Notes: generated from the letters alone by a model not told the origin. Shown: positions 39,586-53,796, numbered from the stretch's first letter. The stretch: 64,000 nt of DNA from Epiperipatus broadwayi (GCA_028023455.1 JAQFVV010000006.1:18538001-18602000); one strand, 5' to 3'. A program made the numbers and translations.

Positions 39586-42500
39586 TAAATGACTCAATGC
39601 ATTGACTATAAAAATAAAAACATGATTATAATATATTATTACTTTCAATCACTGATAGGAAAGGTGCAATACTATTAAATTTACCAAAAATTTTTTTAAA
39701 TTTTTTATTGCTCTGCACCTCAAATATTTATGTTTGGAGCTCATGAATACTTTCAAATTTAAAATAAATTGTAAATAATTATATCTCATTCTAGAAATGA
39801 TTTTTATGTAAGTATAAAACAGTTTTATTGTTTGTATTATAAATGAGTAGCATCCCTATCAAGTTGATTATCTTTTTTTTTTTTCATTAGATGAAAATAG
39901 AATGTATTTAAGAGAAGATAAAGATTAAATATGCATACATATTAAATCTATTGTGATATTTATAATAACTAAATAGTAATTAATTAACTAATAATTATTT
40001 TCATTAACTCCTAACCTGGAATTCACATTTTTTAAACTTTACCTACTTAACAATATTTGGGTACCTTTTATATGATACGAGTGGTAGAGAATTAGATGTG
40101 CACCGGCACGTACACAACTTTGGATTAATAAAAATATTTTTTCATTTATTTCTTGTTATTACAAATAGAAATAATAATATTAGCTTTTTTTTCCTACAAT
40201 AAATTTTGTAAAACCCCATTATTTAAATAAAATGTTTATTTTTTATCAAACATTTTGTTCTCGCCCTTAAATTGCAATAAAAAAAATAAAAAAATCAATT
40301 TGAAATTGTTTCGTATCTAATTAGGTGACAATCAAAATGATTTTGTTGAGAAAGGAAAATAAGATTATTGATTTTATTTTTTAAGAAACAAAAAAAAAAA
40401 AAAGATAGCAGAAATGTTTTTAGAAGGAAAATAAAACATTAAATTAATGTCTTATTTTTTTAAAAAAAAAAAGTTTTTATAATCTGCTACGACCTACGAA
40501 TTTACAAATAATGCCAGTGCTAATTGAAATAAGAATCTATAAAAAAATTTCATTTGCAAAAGGAATCTACTATTATATTTGTTCTAGAAAAAATATGCTA
40601 TAAAAAATTTTTCATAAGTGGAATAAATGTCTCTCTCAAACGCAAATTTACCAAAAAGGAAAGCCAAATGATTAAAAAAGTGGATAATGAATTTTATGAT
40701 AATCTTCTAAGAAATTGACTGCTAAATTTATTTAAAAGATAGAAATATGTGATTCTTTCGTGCTTGAAAAAAATGTTCATATCAGCTATAAATTATTCTC
40801 ATTCCCCTAAAAGGGATATAACCAAGTAATTTTATACTGAAATACACTAGTAATAAATAAATGTATCAATATACACTATCTAAAAACATTAAAATTGGTA
40901 AATTTAATAAATTGTGTGATACAGCAGCAGCATTGCAAAGTGCTTTATATGATCATGTTTGTTAATACGACTTCTTCAGCTTATAATTTTATTCTTCACA
41001 TTATTATTTTTTCAGAGTTAGATTTATAGTATTCTGTATAATAAAATGTTTGTTAAGTGTAGTGCTAAAGGTTTTATGAAATGTAAGAACATTCATAAAG
41101 TTGGTACAGACATAAATACACCAAAACAACTAGAGAAAGTTTGGTTTCTTGATAATGACACTCCTATTATATTTCTACAAGGAAAAAAGTTATTGAAAAT
41201 AAAGGATATTTCCCAGAATGTATTTAATTGTAATAAAAGTTGGAATTTTGCTATTTATTTTATTTAAAACGATAAAAGTTATGGTACAATATCCTTTCTA
41301 ATTATATATATTTCGAATGAATGAGTAAAATACACCCTGTAAATATATATGCAAATATACCCCCCAGTTTATTATTAATTATATTATTTAATTTTGGTTA
41401 TATTATAATTTTAATTTATATTTGCATGGTATTTACAAAAAAGCATCTGTGATATATACATATTTTGAAAAGTAGTGTACATTTGTTTTTCAAAAAACTG
41501 TATTTTATTGTAACCAAAGCCCATCAACAAAACATGATCTATTATATACAATGAATTATATATGAGAAGGATACTTGGAACAAAATATAGTGGATATTAT
41601 TATTCCACTGTATGAAAACAGATAAGCATCCATTGGAATTTTAAAATAATATTTTGACCTAAAATTGCAATAATAAAAGTATGAAATAATTTCCCCTAAA
41701 TAGATATTCTAATAGTAACCTGCATTTAAAATCTTTTAGCCTAATGGAGACTTTATTTTAATGGATCCTAAAAAGCTGTAAAATTATATTTTAATATTTG
41801 TATATTAAAATAATTTTATAATTTAAGTAATATACAGTTGCATTCACACTTGCATTAAGTAATAACAATGTAGGAGAAAAATTATTATTATTTTTCATGA
41901 AGAAGAAAAATTGAGTACAAAAATTGAATATTGGAATATATAATTTGTAGATTAATAATGCAAACTGTAATTTTATTTATTTATTTCATTTGTTTTTATG
42001 AAGAAAGGAATAAAGTAATTTCTAAACAGATTATAATTATTTAGTTTTGTCATGTAAAGTTTGAATTATGTTATTACATAAACTTCATTTCTGAAAATAT
42101 CATTTATGGAATTCTTTTCATTACTTGTATATTATTTTTTATAAACATGAATTATTAAATGAATTTGTGTTTGTAAATAGATTTATGAGCTAATTTCTCT
42201 TTTTATTGTATGCTTGTATTATAAAAGTGCTTTTTTAATTTCCATAATCTAAACACTTAGTTTAAATCCAAATTGTATCTTATCCATAATATGAGCTGAT
42301 ATTGCTTACACATTTGAAAGCATCAAGAATAGATTGTTAACAAGGGAAGAATTAGTATCGTGATCATTTACATAATTTTACTTGTTAATATTTGGGCAGA
42401 AGTAATGTAATTATTATAAATTTTGTTATTAAATATTTTGTAAGAGGAGTTTAATGGCAATAGTTCTCTAAAATATATATTTAATCATTCGTATTATTAA

Positions 42501-43911
42501 TTATGAGCTTACTTTGGCTTATGACCAAGGCTCTTAATGTTTACATCAAAGTTGATTTTAAGAAATACAATCCCATCCTGTTGTTGTAATCGATCTGTGA
42601 CTTGTATATCTAGGTAAGTGCTATGGTATGGTTAACAGTGTTGGAAAATCTAACTACTGAATATCTTAATTTGACTTTCCAGTAGGGATTCATTTAAATC
42701 GTTTGCCATTAGAATCACTTTCAATTAAATCATTTTGCTGTTATAACAAGCATTAGCTTTTTATTAAACAGAAAAGCATTTAGAAATGAAAACAAACATG
42801 CAATCAAATAAATTGAACTTATTTACATTAACCCAAAAAATATAGATGAAGCCATGGTATTATAACAATAACACAATAATGCATACATTTGACATGGAGA
42901 ATAGTTTCTAATGGTTCTTATATTACATCATCAAATTCTCTGAAAAAGTTTTGATTAATACAATTTTAAAGTACAGCCTTACAATGAAATATTGAAGAAA
43001 TTTGCTAGTATGGTGAAAAGTTTGAATAAACATAAAGCAAATTTGAAAAAAAAATATGGAAGTATCGAGACAGTTTGAAAGAAATTATAGTGTAGAATCA
43101 TACGGATACAAACATTTTATAATATGACACAGAATTAAATGAATATAATAGATAAAATGATAAAGAGTTCTATGAATATGGAAATTTAGTTGTGAATAAG
43201 TGAAAGAGATTTATTATTGAAAGTAGAAGTGGGACAAAATGTATGGAATGCATAAATGAGAAACCTTAAAAGACAGCTTGTCATCCTAAACCAAAACCTT
43301 CTAAAAGCTAATAAGCTCATATATTGACAGATATGATTTTGTCATCATAACATCATAAGTATGGTTATTCCAATCATATGAATAGATTTAATGTATAAAA
43401 TGAAACTTCACAAAGATTGTGTAAATTTTAATAATACACATATAAGATCTGCAAGTAATTACAATGATTTGAATATGATAATGTAGGAATAGGCATTCAA
43501 AAAACTACTTTTAATTTATGATAGTGAGCACAAAATTTATTTCACTTTGAAGAGATCGCATGTTGTGCAAGAGATAGCCATGTACATGTAGGTAAAACAT
43601 CTACTATTGAGGTTTATAAATGCTCCAGACATCTCAGCATACACATTGGCTGTAGAGAGTAATTTTCTGCAAATGTTTATGAGTTGTGATGGAGCTGTGA
43701 TATCTGCTATTTTTTTTTCCAATCTCTCCTTGTGTACATTGTACATCTCATATAATAGTGATAAATTTTGATTAGAATACATATTGTTCATCGAGTTGCA
43801 GGTGTACAGTACTTTTCAACAAGCAGATATATAACACAGATACTTTTTTGTACATTTAGCATGCGTATATAAAGATTGTAATGTAAACAAAATTAAAAAC
43901 AACAGCATATA

Positions 43912-44200
43912 CAGGCGATCCTTGACTTTTGTACCTAATTGATTCCTGAAACGTATAAAAGTAGAACAATGTAAAAAACACATCAAAAAGTGCTTTAAAA
44001 TTTTTTTTTTAATGAAGTGTATTAACATATACATAAATAACACTTTATTGATTAGTATCTGATGTTTTCTTTATAAATTTATCAAGGGATAGTTTAATTA
44101 TATTTTTCTTTTCTTGATAAACAGTTCCATAACGCATTGCATCTTTTTCTATTGCTCTTCATACAAAATAGCCAATTGTACGAAAGTCAAGGACTGTCTG
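43912..44200. mobile_element. Complete pogo/Tigger-like MITE (~290 bp)
   Basis: TA|CAGGCGATCCTTGACTTTTGTAC ... GTACGAAAGTCAAGGACTGTCTG|TA: imperfect ~23-bp TIRs, TA target duplication, and a second copy at 8010-8353. Confidence 0.8.
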
Positions 44201-46105
44201 TAATTAATAATAATAAATTGAGGGAACACATTGTGTTTGTTTATGGAAAAAATAAGAATAAAGAGAAAAAATACTGTATTGTATTTTACATTTTAAACAA
44301 AATAATAGGAAATGTCTGACTTTCATCGGTTTCTTTTTTTCCAATAACTTTTCTTTATGGTAACATAATAATAGTCTCATCATTAAGAAAATATGATCTT
44401 TCTACTTGTTTTGATGTTTTTAAGTCAGTATCAACTTTCTTAGTATGTTCTTAAATTTGATAAAACTTTCAACAATAACTTACAAAATCTTTTATTATGT
44501 GAAATTCTGCACATCAAATTCAGAAAGAAACAATAAAATGTGTGCTTTCAACATAAACTGAAGAAATTTTATTAATAAATATGGTTGAATACAATTCCTG
44601 GAATATTATAAAATGTATTTACAAATTTTAATTTTTTTTTTTTGGTCTATTTTGTGATAGTAACTTAAAATCATACCCACACCAATCTTTAGCAGCCTAT
44701 ATTGTTACATTATGTCAGGTCAATGTTTATATCTGGCTAAAGTGATAAGTTTTACTAACATACTATTTGTGAAATCTGAGTAAATAAATATGCATATCTA
44801 TATAGGCATAATATACCAGTACTGCAATAAGTGGCTGAGTAATAAGTTGCGTATGGCAAAATCTTATATATACATAGAAAATAAGGCAAATCCCAGTTGT
44901 TAGGAAAAGCAAGATTAAACCACTAAAAGAATTAGTACAAATATATATGTATAACAATACTTAACTTGTGTTAAATGTTATAACATGTCACAAGTAAGGA
45001 TAGAACGATGACATAGACTGTAATAATCTAACTTAGTAATGATCAAAGGTCAAGTATTTCGCCAAGCAACCTAAGATAAGAATGAAATAATAATGCACAA
45101 TGTAATTTTTTGAATCAATTATTGTGATATGTATATATATGGATAACAATAAGCACAATAGCAAGCATATGAAATACTTCATATAATAGGAAATGGAAAT
45201 GACACAGACTATAAAAGAAAATGCAGTTATAACCCTCTTCTTCAATCTTATACATTCTCTATGGAAAGCTATCTTCATTTGAACCAGAGGTTTCAAACAC
45301 CATACAAAATGGAGATTTTGGTTTGAATGTATTAGTTGTATAAACATAAATTTAACACAAGATCTAATAAAGCAAAAAGGACTTTTACTATAAAGTAAAC
45401 AAATTAATTCAAGCAATCGGATATATATATAGAAAAGCATTTTAAACTTTTAAAATAAAAATAGAGGAATTATAGTAAATTGTCTTCTAATCAAGCATGA
45501 TTTTAGAAGTATATATATAACCAGCATAATAAATGAGTTGATAAATTCATTTTTATTACGTAAAGAAGTTTTTATTTTTATTTATACTGTGAACTGTAAT
45601 TAATTGAAACTTATATTTATAAAATTAATACAATATGTTCTGGCTAAGGAATTGATTGTTATTTGGTTGGATTATTAATCCGCTAAACATGGAATCCTAA
45701 ATATCTGTATTGTCTACATTTGAATCACTTAATAGACTATCTTTGCACAATCTGGAATGTCTATGCAAGGATCAGAGGAAAACATCAGGTGACCAACACA
45801 TTGTTCAGAATGCACCATTTGGAAGGTACAATGAGCAATCCATATATGTATGGAGGAAATCGCCTAAAATATAAACCGTGATCTATGAAAGACTGTAGAC
45901 TCACCAAATATAATTTGATTGATTTATGGAATTATGTTCATTATATGTTATAATTTTTGTTTTCACATATCTATGTACACATTACTATTATTTTCTTTTT
46001 GTTATTATTTTGTTCTTATCATTTGGAACGTGAAATCTGCCAATTCAACATTTTTTGGAACAACTCAATTTAAGAGAGCATGAGAGGGAAGGTTAATTTT
46101 AGTTG

Positions 46106-46230
<125 letters not shown>

Positions 46231-46620
46231 TTACATAATAAAATTTATGTTCAATCCCCTTCTTTAATACTTGATCTTTGTTTGTTACTATGATCAATAT
46301 TACTTGAGACTTGAGGTAAGAATTTCATTTTTAGAACATCAATTTTCATGAATATTAATAGAACAGAATTTGGTATTTGTTTGTTCATCTAACTCTTGTT
46401 ATTTAGATTTTATTCGATGCAAATGATTAGTTCTCTGAATGAATCTACTTTCCTATCATGTTAAGAGTTACATTTAACTTAACAAAGGAAGGGGATTCTT
46501 CAGGTAAATAAATCTTCAGTCATTGAAACTGGACCACAATATGAATCAATGTATCTGCCAAATGTAAATAACCTATCTAGTAAGACCCGAGTTCACTAAA
46601 GCAATCTTATTAAATCTCTC

Positions 46621-46721
<101 letters not shown>

Positions 46722-47100
46722 CATTTTGTACATAATGGTGGCATCAACATGAATATCTATCACCGGGGCACGGGAAGGTAATTATACGTTATTAAGTTAT
46801 GAAATGATAGACATTCATCATTGACATTTGAACTACATGCATTTATTTATTTTTTTAATCTACATTTGTAAATATTATTTTAAACAAACATTGGATTGTT
46901 CAAATTTTCTTTTTATTAATGATTTCATGTTTTTTAATAAAATAAATGTGATATAATTTGTTGAATTAATATAGTCTCTTTAGTTTATTAAACTATTTCT
47001 TGCATTCATCAACAAAGCCAATGCCTTATATATACACACACATAGCATTATTTTAAATGTATATTAGCAAATGAATTATTAATATATATATATATGTGTG

Positions 47101-47315
47101 TGTGCTCTGCGCACAGATAATAAAGCTATTAATAAATTGTCAATGAAATTATTAAAATTTTACAGCCAAGCGCTTTCGGGACTATCTACAGTTATTAACA
47201 GAATAACTCACCATGAATATGGGACTGTAGACTGTCCCGAAAGCGCTTGGCGGTAAAATTTTAATAATTTCATTGACAATTTATTAATACCTTCATTATC
47301 TGTGCGCAGAGCACA
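47101..47315. repeat. Fold-back element (~90-bp arms) with an HHR-like motif
   Basis: The arms are near-perfect. Plus strand CC-ATGAATA-T-GGGAC-TGTAGACT-GTCCC-GAAAG-CG-CTT-GG at 47211-47250. Confidence 0.85.
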
Positions 47316-47954
47316 TATATATATTAATTTATTTAAACGTCAATGAAGTAAAATCTTAACTATTTCAAATGAATTATTAGAGATTTTAGGTAAATGTAAT
47401 TCATTAATAGTAACTTTGATATAGTAATCTCATTATTAGTATGTGTAGGTACATTCCTGTTAATAGAGTCTACGGCGAACTCTCTCTGAGGTTGAACTCA
47501 GGCATAACGGAACCAAAAGAGGCGGTGAGATATGGATGAACTGACCCAACTTGCATCTAAATTTAATAAATAAATATTGAGCTGGTCTATTGGAAGAGGG
47601 TGTAATCATAGGTTGTGTACTTCATCCCGTTATCTCCAGCATCTTACCCGAAGACCCTAGGTCCGATCGTAGTTAGATGTCTTCTCTTTTAATGACATTT
47701 TTTTTGGATAGCATATAATGAAAGTCAACTAAGTATATTGATACAGTAGAGTTCATAACTTCACTGTATGCAAAAAAAGTATTGAGGCATATGAAATTGA
47801 TTTACAAGAAAATTCTAACAAATTTGTTATGCACAAGAAAAAGAATCAGAAAAATGCATTGTATACAATACTCTCCAATTCTTCACAGATATATTAAAAA
47901 TCTATTAATCACTCATACTATTTTGAGCTATATTTTTTAAAGAAACAAAAGAGT

Positions 47955-48230
47955 TCTATGAATAATATTTCTGTAGTTTAATTATCACTCTCACTCAAAG
48001 TAGCATTTGATTTCTATCTGCTTTTAACACTTGCAGAGGGATGTAATCATAAACATATAACCAAAGACATGTGAAAAAGATATATGATCCCCAAGATGCG
48101 CATTTCATGTTGAACCAGCGATCATCAGTTGGCCCAGACCGCAATCTTATATATATATCTTTATCTATGTTCAGTATATATATATATAGACGGGAAATTG
48201 ATATCTCACAATTTTGACGCAAGTTACTTA
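47955..48230 (+). repeat. Repeat family X copy
   Basis: ACATGTGAAAAAGATA..CATTTCATGTTGAACCAGCGATCATCAGTTGGCCCAGA. It begins with a segment repeated in the 48266 fold-back. Confidence 0.7.
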
Positions 48231-48265
48231 ATGAAAGTATTTTAATAATTTTTATTAGTCATTCA

Positions 48266-48394
48266 TTAGACTAGAGATTATCCAATAATGAATAATATTT
48301 CTGTAGTTTAATTTTCACTATACGACTAGCGCGAAAGTGGTGTAGTGAAAATTAAACTACCGAAATATTCATTATTGAATAATCTCTAGTCTAA
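48266..48394. repeat. Fold-back (~55-bp arms)
   Basis: TTAGACTAGAGATTAT..TTTTCACTATAC / GTGTAGTGAAAA..ATAATCTCTAGTCTAA around a GACTAGCGCGAAAGTG loop. Confidence 0.85.
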
Positions 48395-49819
48395 AAGTTA
48401 TTAAAGAGTTTTATTGTTATTATTTAGTTTTTAAATTGTACTGGTTTTTTTTTTTAATTTGTTAATGTCATGCGGCTTTCATTATTGGGAGGGGGGTTGT
48501 CATAGTATTATATGCACTACCTCCATAGTTAACTTCATTTTTCACTATTTTTAAAGCTTTTTTCACAAACATTCGACTTTGGCTTTTAAATCTTTGTTCT
48601 GCTTATTATTTTTTAATTGTTCAGTTAGACTCAAATACTCATTGGCAGAACTTGTAAATCATCATAATAGTTGTAATTAACCTTTAATAAAGAAAATTAT
48701 TTTAAAATTGACATTTTTTCCCCTACCTATGTGTTTAATTATTCAAGGCAATCAAGCTTATAAATTGTTGGGTTGAAGCATTAATTTGCTAATTTTAATT
48801 TGTTAAAGCATGCATTAGTTGAACAAAATATTTGAGGGGGAGGGGTGTTGGTTCTAATTTGATCATGTTTAAACATGTATGGAAATTATTTGCGAAATTA
48901 AAAAAGAAAAACGGGGAAACTATTTATATGTTAGATCGTTATTTCCAAATTTTATAATTATTTAAATTTTAATAATAATAAAAAAACAGATATCATTTTA
49001 TCCACATTTTCATGTGTAATGTTTAGATCTGACAGTTTTCAAAATTGTGTTAGGATGATACTGGCAGTAGTAACATAGATCTAAATGTTCATTAGTTATT
49101 GTTTTCTTCACTTTTGGTTTAATAATATTTATATATATCATCCATGCTCTCAACCTGAGTTTGAATCTGTTTTTGCTACTAAAATTTGGAAAAAAAATGT
49201 TGTTTCTGATGTGTGTCTTAGGATTTACATTAAGGTAAATGGTCCTAACAGTCATCTAATAAGGTCAGTAAATGAGTATTAAATATTCTTAGTTAGGGAG
49301 GAAAGCGAAAATTGAAAGTGATTTAATCCTCATCATCCAGCATTCGATCTTTTCCTTCACTATACATATATGGAGAATTATTGGAGAGATTTTTGATTTG
49401 TGGTGGCCTTTTTTTAAAGATACTGATGAATTTATTAAATTAATATACGATACAATTTTTATGCAACATTTAAATAAATAAAAAATATTTACTTATTTAA
49501 AATGTTCTGTTTTACTGATTTCAAGTATAAATTATTTTTAATAGTTTCTACTTTACTAACTTCTGAAAGGTCAAATTAAAGTGCAGTGTGATTTAAAATA
49601 TTTGAAATATTTAAATTATTTAAAAATGGATCATCAAAACAATACATTTGTTTTTCAAATCTTTAAGTTTTGAATTTATTTCACATTCAACTTTCTCACC
49701 TTTATTAAAAATTCTTCAAATATGCAATTAAATAACAATCATAATTCTTCTTAAAAAAAAAAGGAACATATATCCAGACTTCTCCATTTACAATTATTTA
49801 AATATGATTTATTTAAGTA

Positions 49820-50015
49820 CATATGTATACTTTAATCTAGATGTAATTAGAGGGTATTTCAATCCAGACTTCCAAACTCCTTTTAGTCATCCACTCTATA
49901 TCTCATACAACCGATACACATGACCACATACATGTGAAAAAGATAATTAATCTTCAATGTACATATTTCATGCTGAACAAGCATCCATCAGTTGGTCCGG
50001 ATCATCATCATCTAC
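49820..50015 (+). repeat. Repeat family X copy
   Basis: Colinear with 52310-52510. Confidence 0.75.
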
Positions 50016-51279
50016 ACATATATATTTTAACGGTCAATGAAAGAGCCATAAACGTATTTGTACTACACGGGCGCCATCTAGGCGTTTGAACCTAGAAAAA
50101 TTTATATAGTAGGCAGATACGTAAGTTAAGATTCAAAAAAAACTTTTATATATATTATTCTGACCGTTTGCCCAAGGTCACTAGCTCATAGAGTAGCAGA
50201 GATTTTAAACATTTATAAGTTTCAATAGATTTCTATTCTCAAAATATATATTAAATATTTAGAACAATAAAATAAAAGAAGCCACTGCCAGTAATTAAAC
50301 ACAAATAGATTTTATTAACGCACATTTAAAATTTAGGAATAAATTTATTTTAACATTAATAATTTTTTTAAATTTTAAATTCAAATTACTATTTAAATAG
50401 AGCGCACAGATGGATATTTAAAATATATGTTACTTTAGCATGTCGAGTATAAATAGTCTACATAGATTTTTTTTCCACTTAAAAACTTATCAAAACATTC
50501 ATTCAATCTCACACTAAAAGTTCGTAGCCAACCCAATGCCTGCTTCCAGATATATAGTCGCAATCAATGCAATATGAAGATACTAGCATAAAACCACGCC
50601 GACAGGAATGTGCATCTGACAGCGTGATATTATTTGAAGGAAATGATCCATGTCCAGAACAGGAAAGTACATCTGTCTGATTAAGGAATCATATGTGGTT
50701 ATTTTTAAAGAGTGCTACGTATGGGGGGGGAGCGGTTTTTCTGCCGTCTTATAACTCCCTGTCCATAGAGCTAGAAGGGGTCAATGGCACAGGAAATACA
50801 TCTGCGATCATTTCAACAATATGACCGCCTTTTTGGGGTCATGCATTCAGTTGGGCACGTTGCCCTGTATGCTAAACACGCTTCACATTACATTAATATA
50901 AACACCCATATATCCCTCCACAATCATTGCCCTAACTACGAAGCAAATAACCTGAAATTAAAATCCGTTAAATTAAACATAAACGAATTTAAACATAGTT
51001 ATTAATCTTTATCCATGCAGCTATCTACACCCAACTTTAATTTAATACATTTTATTTAGCAGATAGAAATAAATAACCTAGTTAAATACAAACATAAATA
51101 ATTAAATTAAAACAAATGGAAATGATTGAAATAGCAAACGTATATAAAAAACAAATATTTATAATTGATTTAGAGTTCTATTCTTGGTTAGATAAGAGTA
51201 CATTCATTTATATTACTTTTTTTTTCTTTGGATTGATTACTTATTGACGTTATACGGTAATTATTTAAAAGAAAGTTCA

Positions 51280-51700
51280 ATTGGTAAAAGTTTATACTTT
51301 ACGGATTCTGCAAATTTTGAGGTCCATCTTCGTGATCACTTATGTAGATTGTTTGTTCTTTTTTTAAAACGAAGCCGCTACTTGCCATTCCTTTTTGGTC
51401 CCTAACTGTCATAGGGAGGTCTCAGCTGGTTGTCCGGAAAATTAAATTTATTGCAGACTTCCACATAGTGAAAATCTGCAATATAGCTAGTTATAACGAC
51501 ATATTCATAGTCAGCTCTCAGATCCTAATTATAATAATAATTTGGCTTTTATATTTTTATTAGTCTCTTATCATCCAATCTTTGGATTCAACCGGCAAGA
51601 CGTCACTAATCCTCTGGTGTTTCAATTACGGTCCGTGCTGACATTTCTGGTGTTTGCATTGGTCATTTAATTTGTTTGTACTCTTTTATCTGACCCTTTA
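51280..51700 (-). mobile_element. Possible second PLE remnant (GIY-YIG region)
   Basis: Minus strand, with one frameshift, reads GQ-TS*DLPMTVRDQK, resembling YIGQT.R.L..R..EH. Confidence 0.35.
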
Positions 51701-52044
51701 ATTTATTTTAAATGCCTCAAGGGCCAGTTTGATTTTGAACAATCATTTAATTAATAAGACAATCATTTCCATTTTCTAAGATTATAGAAATCAACATTAT
51801 TTCTATTTTCAAAAATATCAAATCTTTATATCTTTACTTTTTTACAAAAAAATTACTTTCAAATATTTTTATTTTTTTAAAAGTTTTTAAAGTTGTCCAT
51901 CATGCAATCTATATATATACATTAAACAGTTTTTATATTTCAGTTTTATAAGTTAAGTTTTTTTCTTTTAAATAAATCAATTTTTATTTATGATCTTTTA
52001 TTTTAATTTTAAAATAATGTGACGGGATATTATATTCCGTTACA

Positions 52045-52840
52045 ATATAGTCAGTGCTTGATTTATATTAAGATAGCAAATCCTCAAACTTTAATGGAAA
52101 GGCTTCCATTTATTTCACTTTCCAACTCTTCAGTCATCCATATCATTGAAAATCTGATGATGGCATGTTCAAAGCCCTTGTTTGCCAAATTTTGTTAGGT
52201 CATACCCATGTTGACCATATATCATTCTGACCCTTATGTGTAGGATCTTAAGCCCATTTAAATACACAGAAGAGGGAAGGGCAGAATACAGGTTGAGTAG
52301 TAATATTTATATGTAGTATATTTATACTTTAAGCTAGATGTAATTAGAGGGATTTGAACCCAGACTTTTAAGCTCCCTTAATCATCTACTCTATCTCATA
52401 CAATCAATATGCATAGCCACATATATGCAAAAAACATAATTGATCTCAAATATATGTATTTCATGCTGAACCAGCACCCATCAGTTGGTCCAGATTGTCT
52501 TCATCCACACATATGTATAATAAGTGCTTGGTTTATATTAAAATTTGGCAAACAAGGGTTTTGAACATGCCATCTTCAGATTCTTAATGATATGGAAGGC
52601 TGAATACTTTAAGAGTGGAAAAGATTGAAGTCTGTCTATTAAAGTTTGAAAATTTGCTTTCTTAATATCAACTGAGCACTAACTATATATATGTGTGTGT
52701 AGGAGATAATGATCCAGACCAACGGATGAGTGCTGGTTCAGCACAAAATACATATATTGGACATCAGTTATCTTTTTCACATGTATGTGGTCATGTGTAT
52801 CATATGAGATGGAGTGGATGACTAAAGGAGTTCAAATCCC
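52045..52840. repeat. Rearranged inverted cluster of family X terminal repeats
   Basis: Segment B(+) 52045-52195, A(+) 52310-52530, B(-) 52535-52690, A(-) 52690-52840. B carries CTGA(T/A)GATGGCA..TGCC. Confidence 0.8.
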
Positions 52841-52994
52841 ATGATTTTTGAAAAGTTCTTGTTGAACTTATATCCATGTTTTGCAGTTCTAAATTGCTAA
52901 TTTTTTGAATACCTAATAGAATTGTTCATATGAGTAGTAGTATTATTTATTACCAATAGTTCAAACTAATTCCTGACTGAAAGTTGAGAAAATA

Positions 52995-53190
52995 AGGGCT
53001 TGTGGCATAGTGCTTTCATTTTTGCTGTCTCTTTCCTGATGTTCAAATTCAGACCAAGAGTTTTTTTTTAAAAAAAATTCTAATTTACAGAAAGTTTAAG
53101 ATTTTATTTTGAGTAGATAGCATCTAAACATTGTTGGTAAATGAGTATCTAGGTATTTTTAGCTAGAAGGTACGGTTATCGGGGTTAATT
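52995..53190 (+). mobile_element. Degenerate tRNA-derived SINE (same family as 39365-39585)
   Basis: GTGGCATAGTG A-box, GTTCAAATTC B-box-like, and the shared GTAAATGAGTATCTAG motif. Confidence 0.5.
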
Positions 53191-53796
53191 TGGCTTTATT
53201 AAATCTGTGTTTTTGAGATCTCTTATGTGATGATGACCAGATATAATGAAATCTGTTCTCAATAATGGAGGTAACTCTTTTTATTTTCATATGGAGCCTT
53301 CAAGCACAAAGAATACATAATTCTACATATGCTTACCCATCCTTATCCATCTTTCATCATTGTATAGCTTCATTAAGACTCATCAGATATTAGAACTTAA
53401 GATTAAGATGAGGTTAAAACCAGAAAATGAATGAAAGACCATTCAATAAACAAAATCTTTTACAGAAATAAATGGAATAATCTTCATCATTTTTAATCAT
53501 GATTGATCTATTTCAGGATGAAGTATCTCGAAGTTTAATTCAGATTTTCTACATCATAGACTTTCTTCTCCACATCATACTAATAGACTTTTTTATTTTA
53601 TTCATCCAGCCATATATGGTATCTTTCTAGGCCTTTTACAATCTCTTGCGATAGATGTTCAGATTTCCTCTACTACCATATTTTTTACAAATACATCTAG
53701 CTAGTTCCATTTCAGATTTAATTTTTTTAATTGATGTTAATGATAACTAATGTTTTCCTGAAGGTTTATGATAATGGTATTTTTATATTGAATGTC

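Noticed and set aside
40480-41340. Possible DDE transposase remnant (ORF 41046-41267)
   Set aside because: Only vague motif resemblance, and no matched TIR pair.
42500-42620. ATG-initiated short frame ending at TAG|GTAAGT
   Set aside because: Phase 2, incompatible with the host intron, with no other support.
43537-43791. 84-aa minus-strand ORF as a nested gene
   Set aside because: No recognisable domain or splice structure.
45690-45880. ~60-codon open stretch and possible MSMQGSEENI exon
   Set aside because: No homology, weak splice sites, wrong phase.
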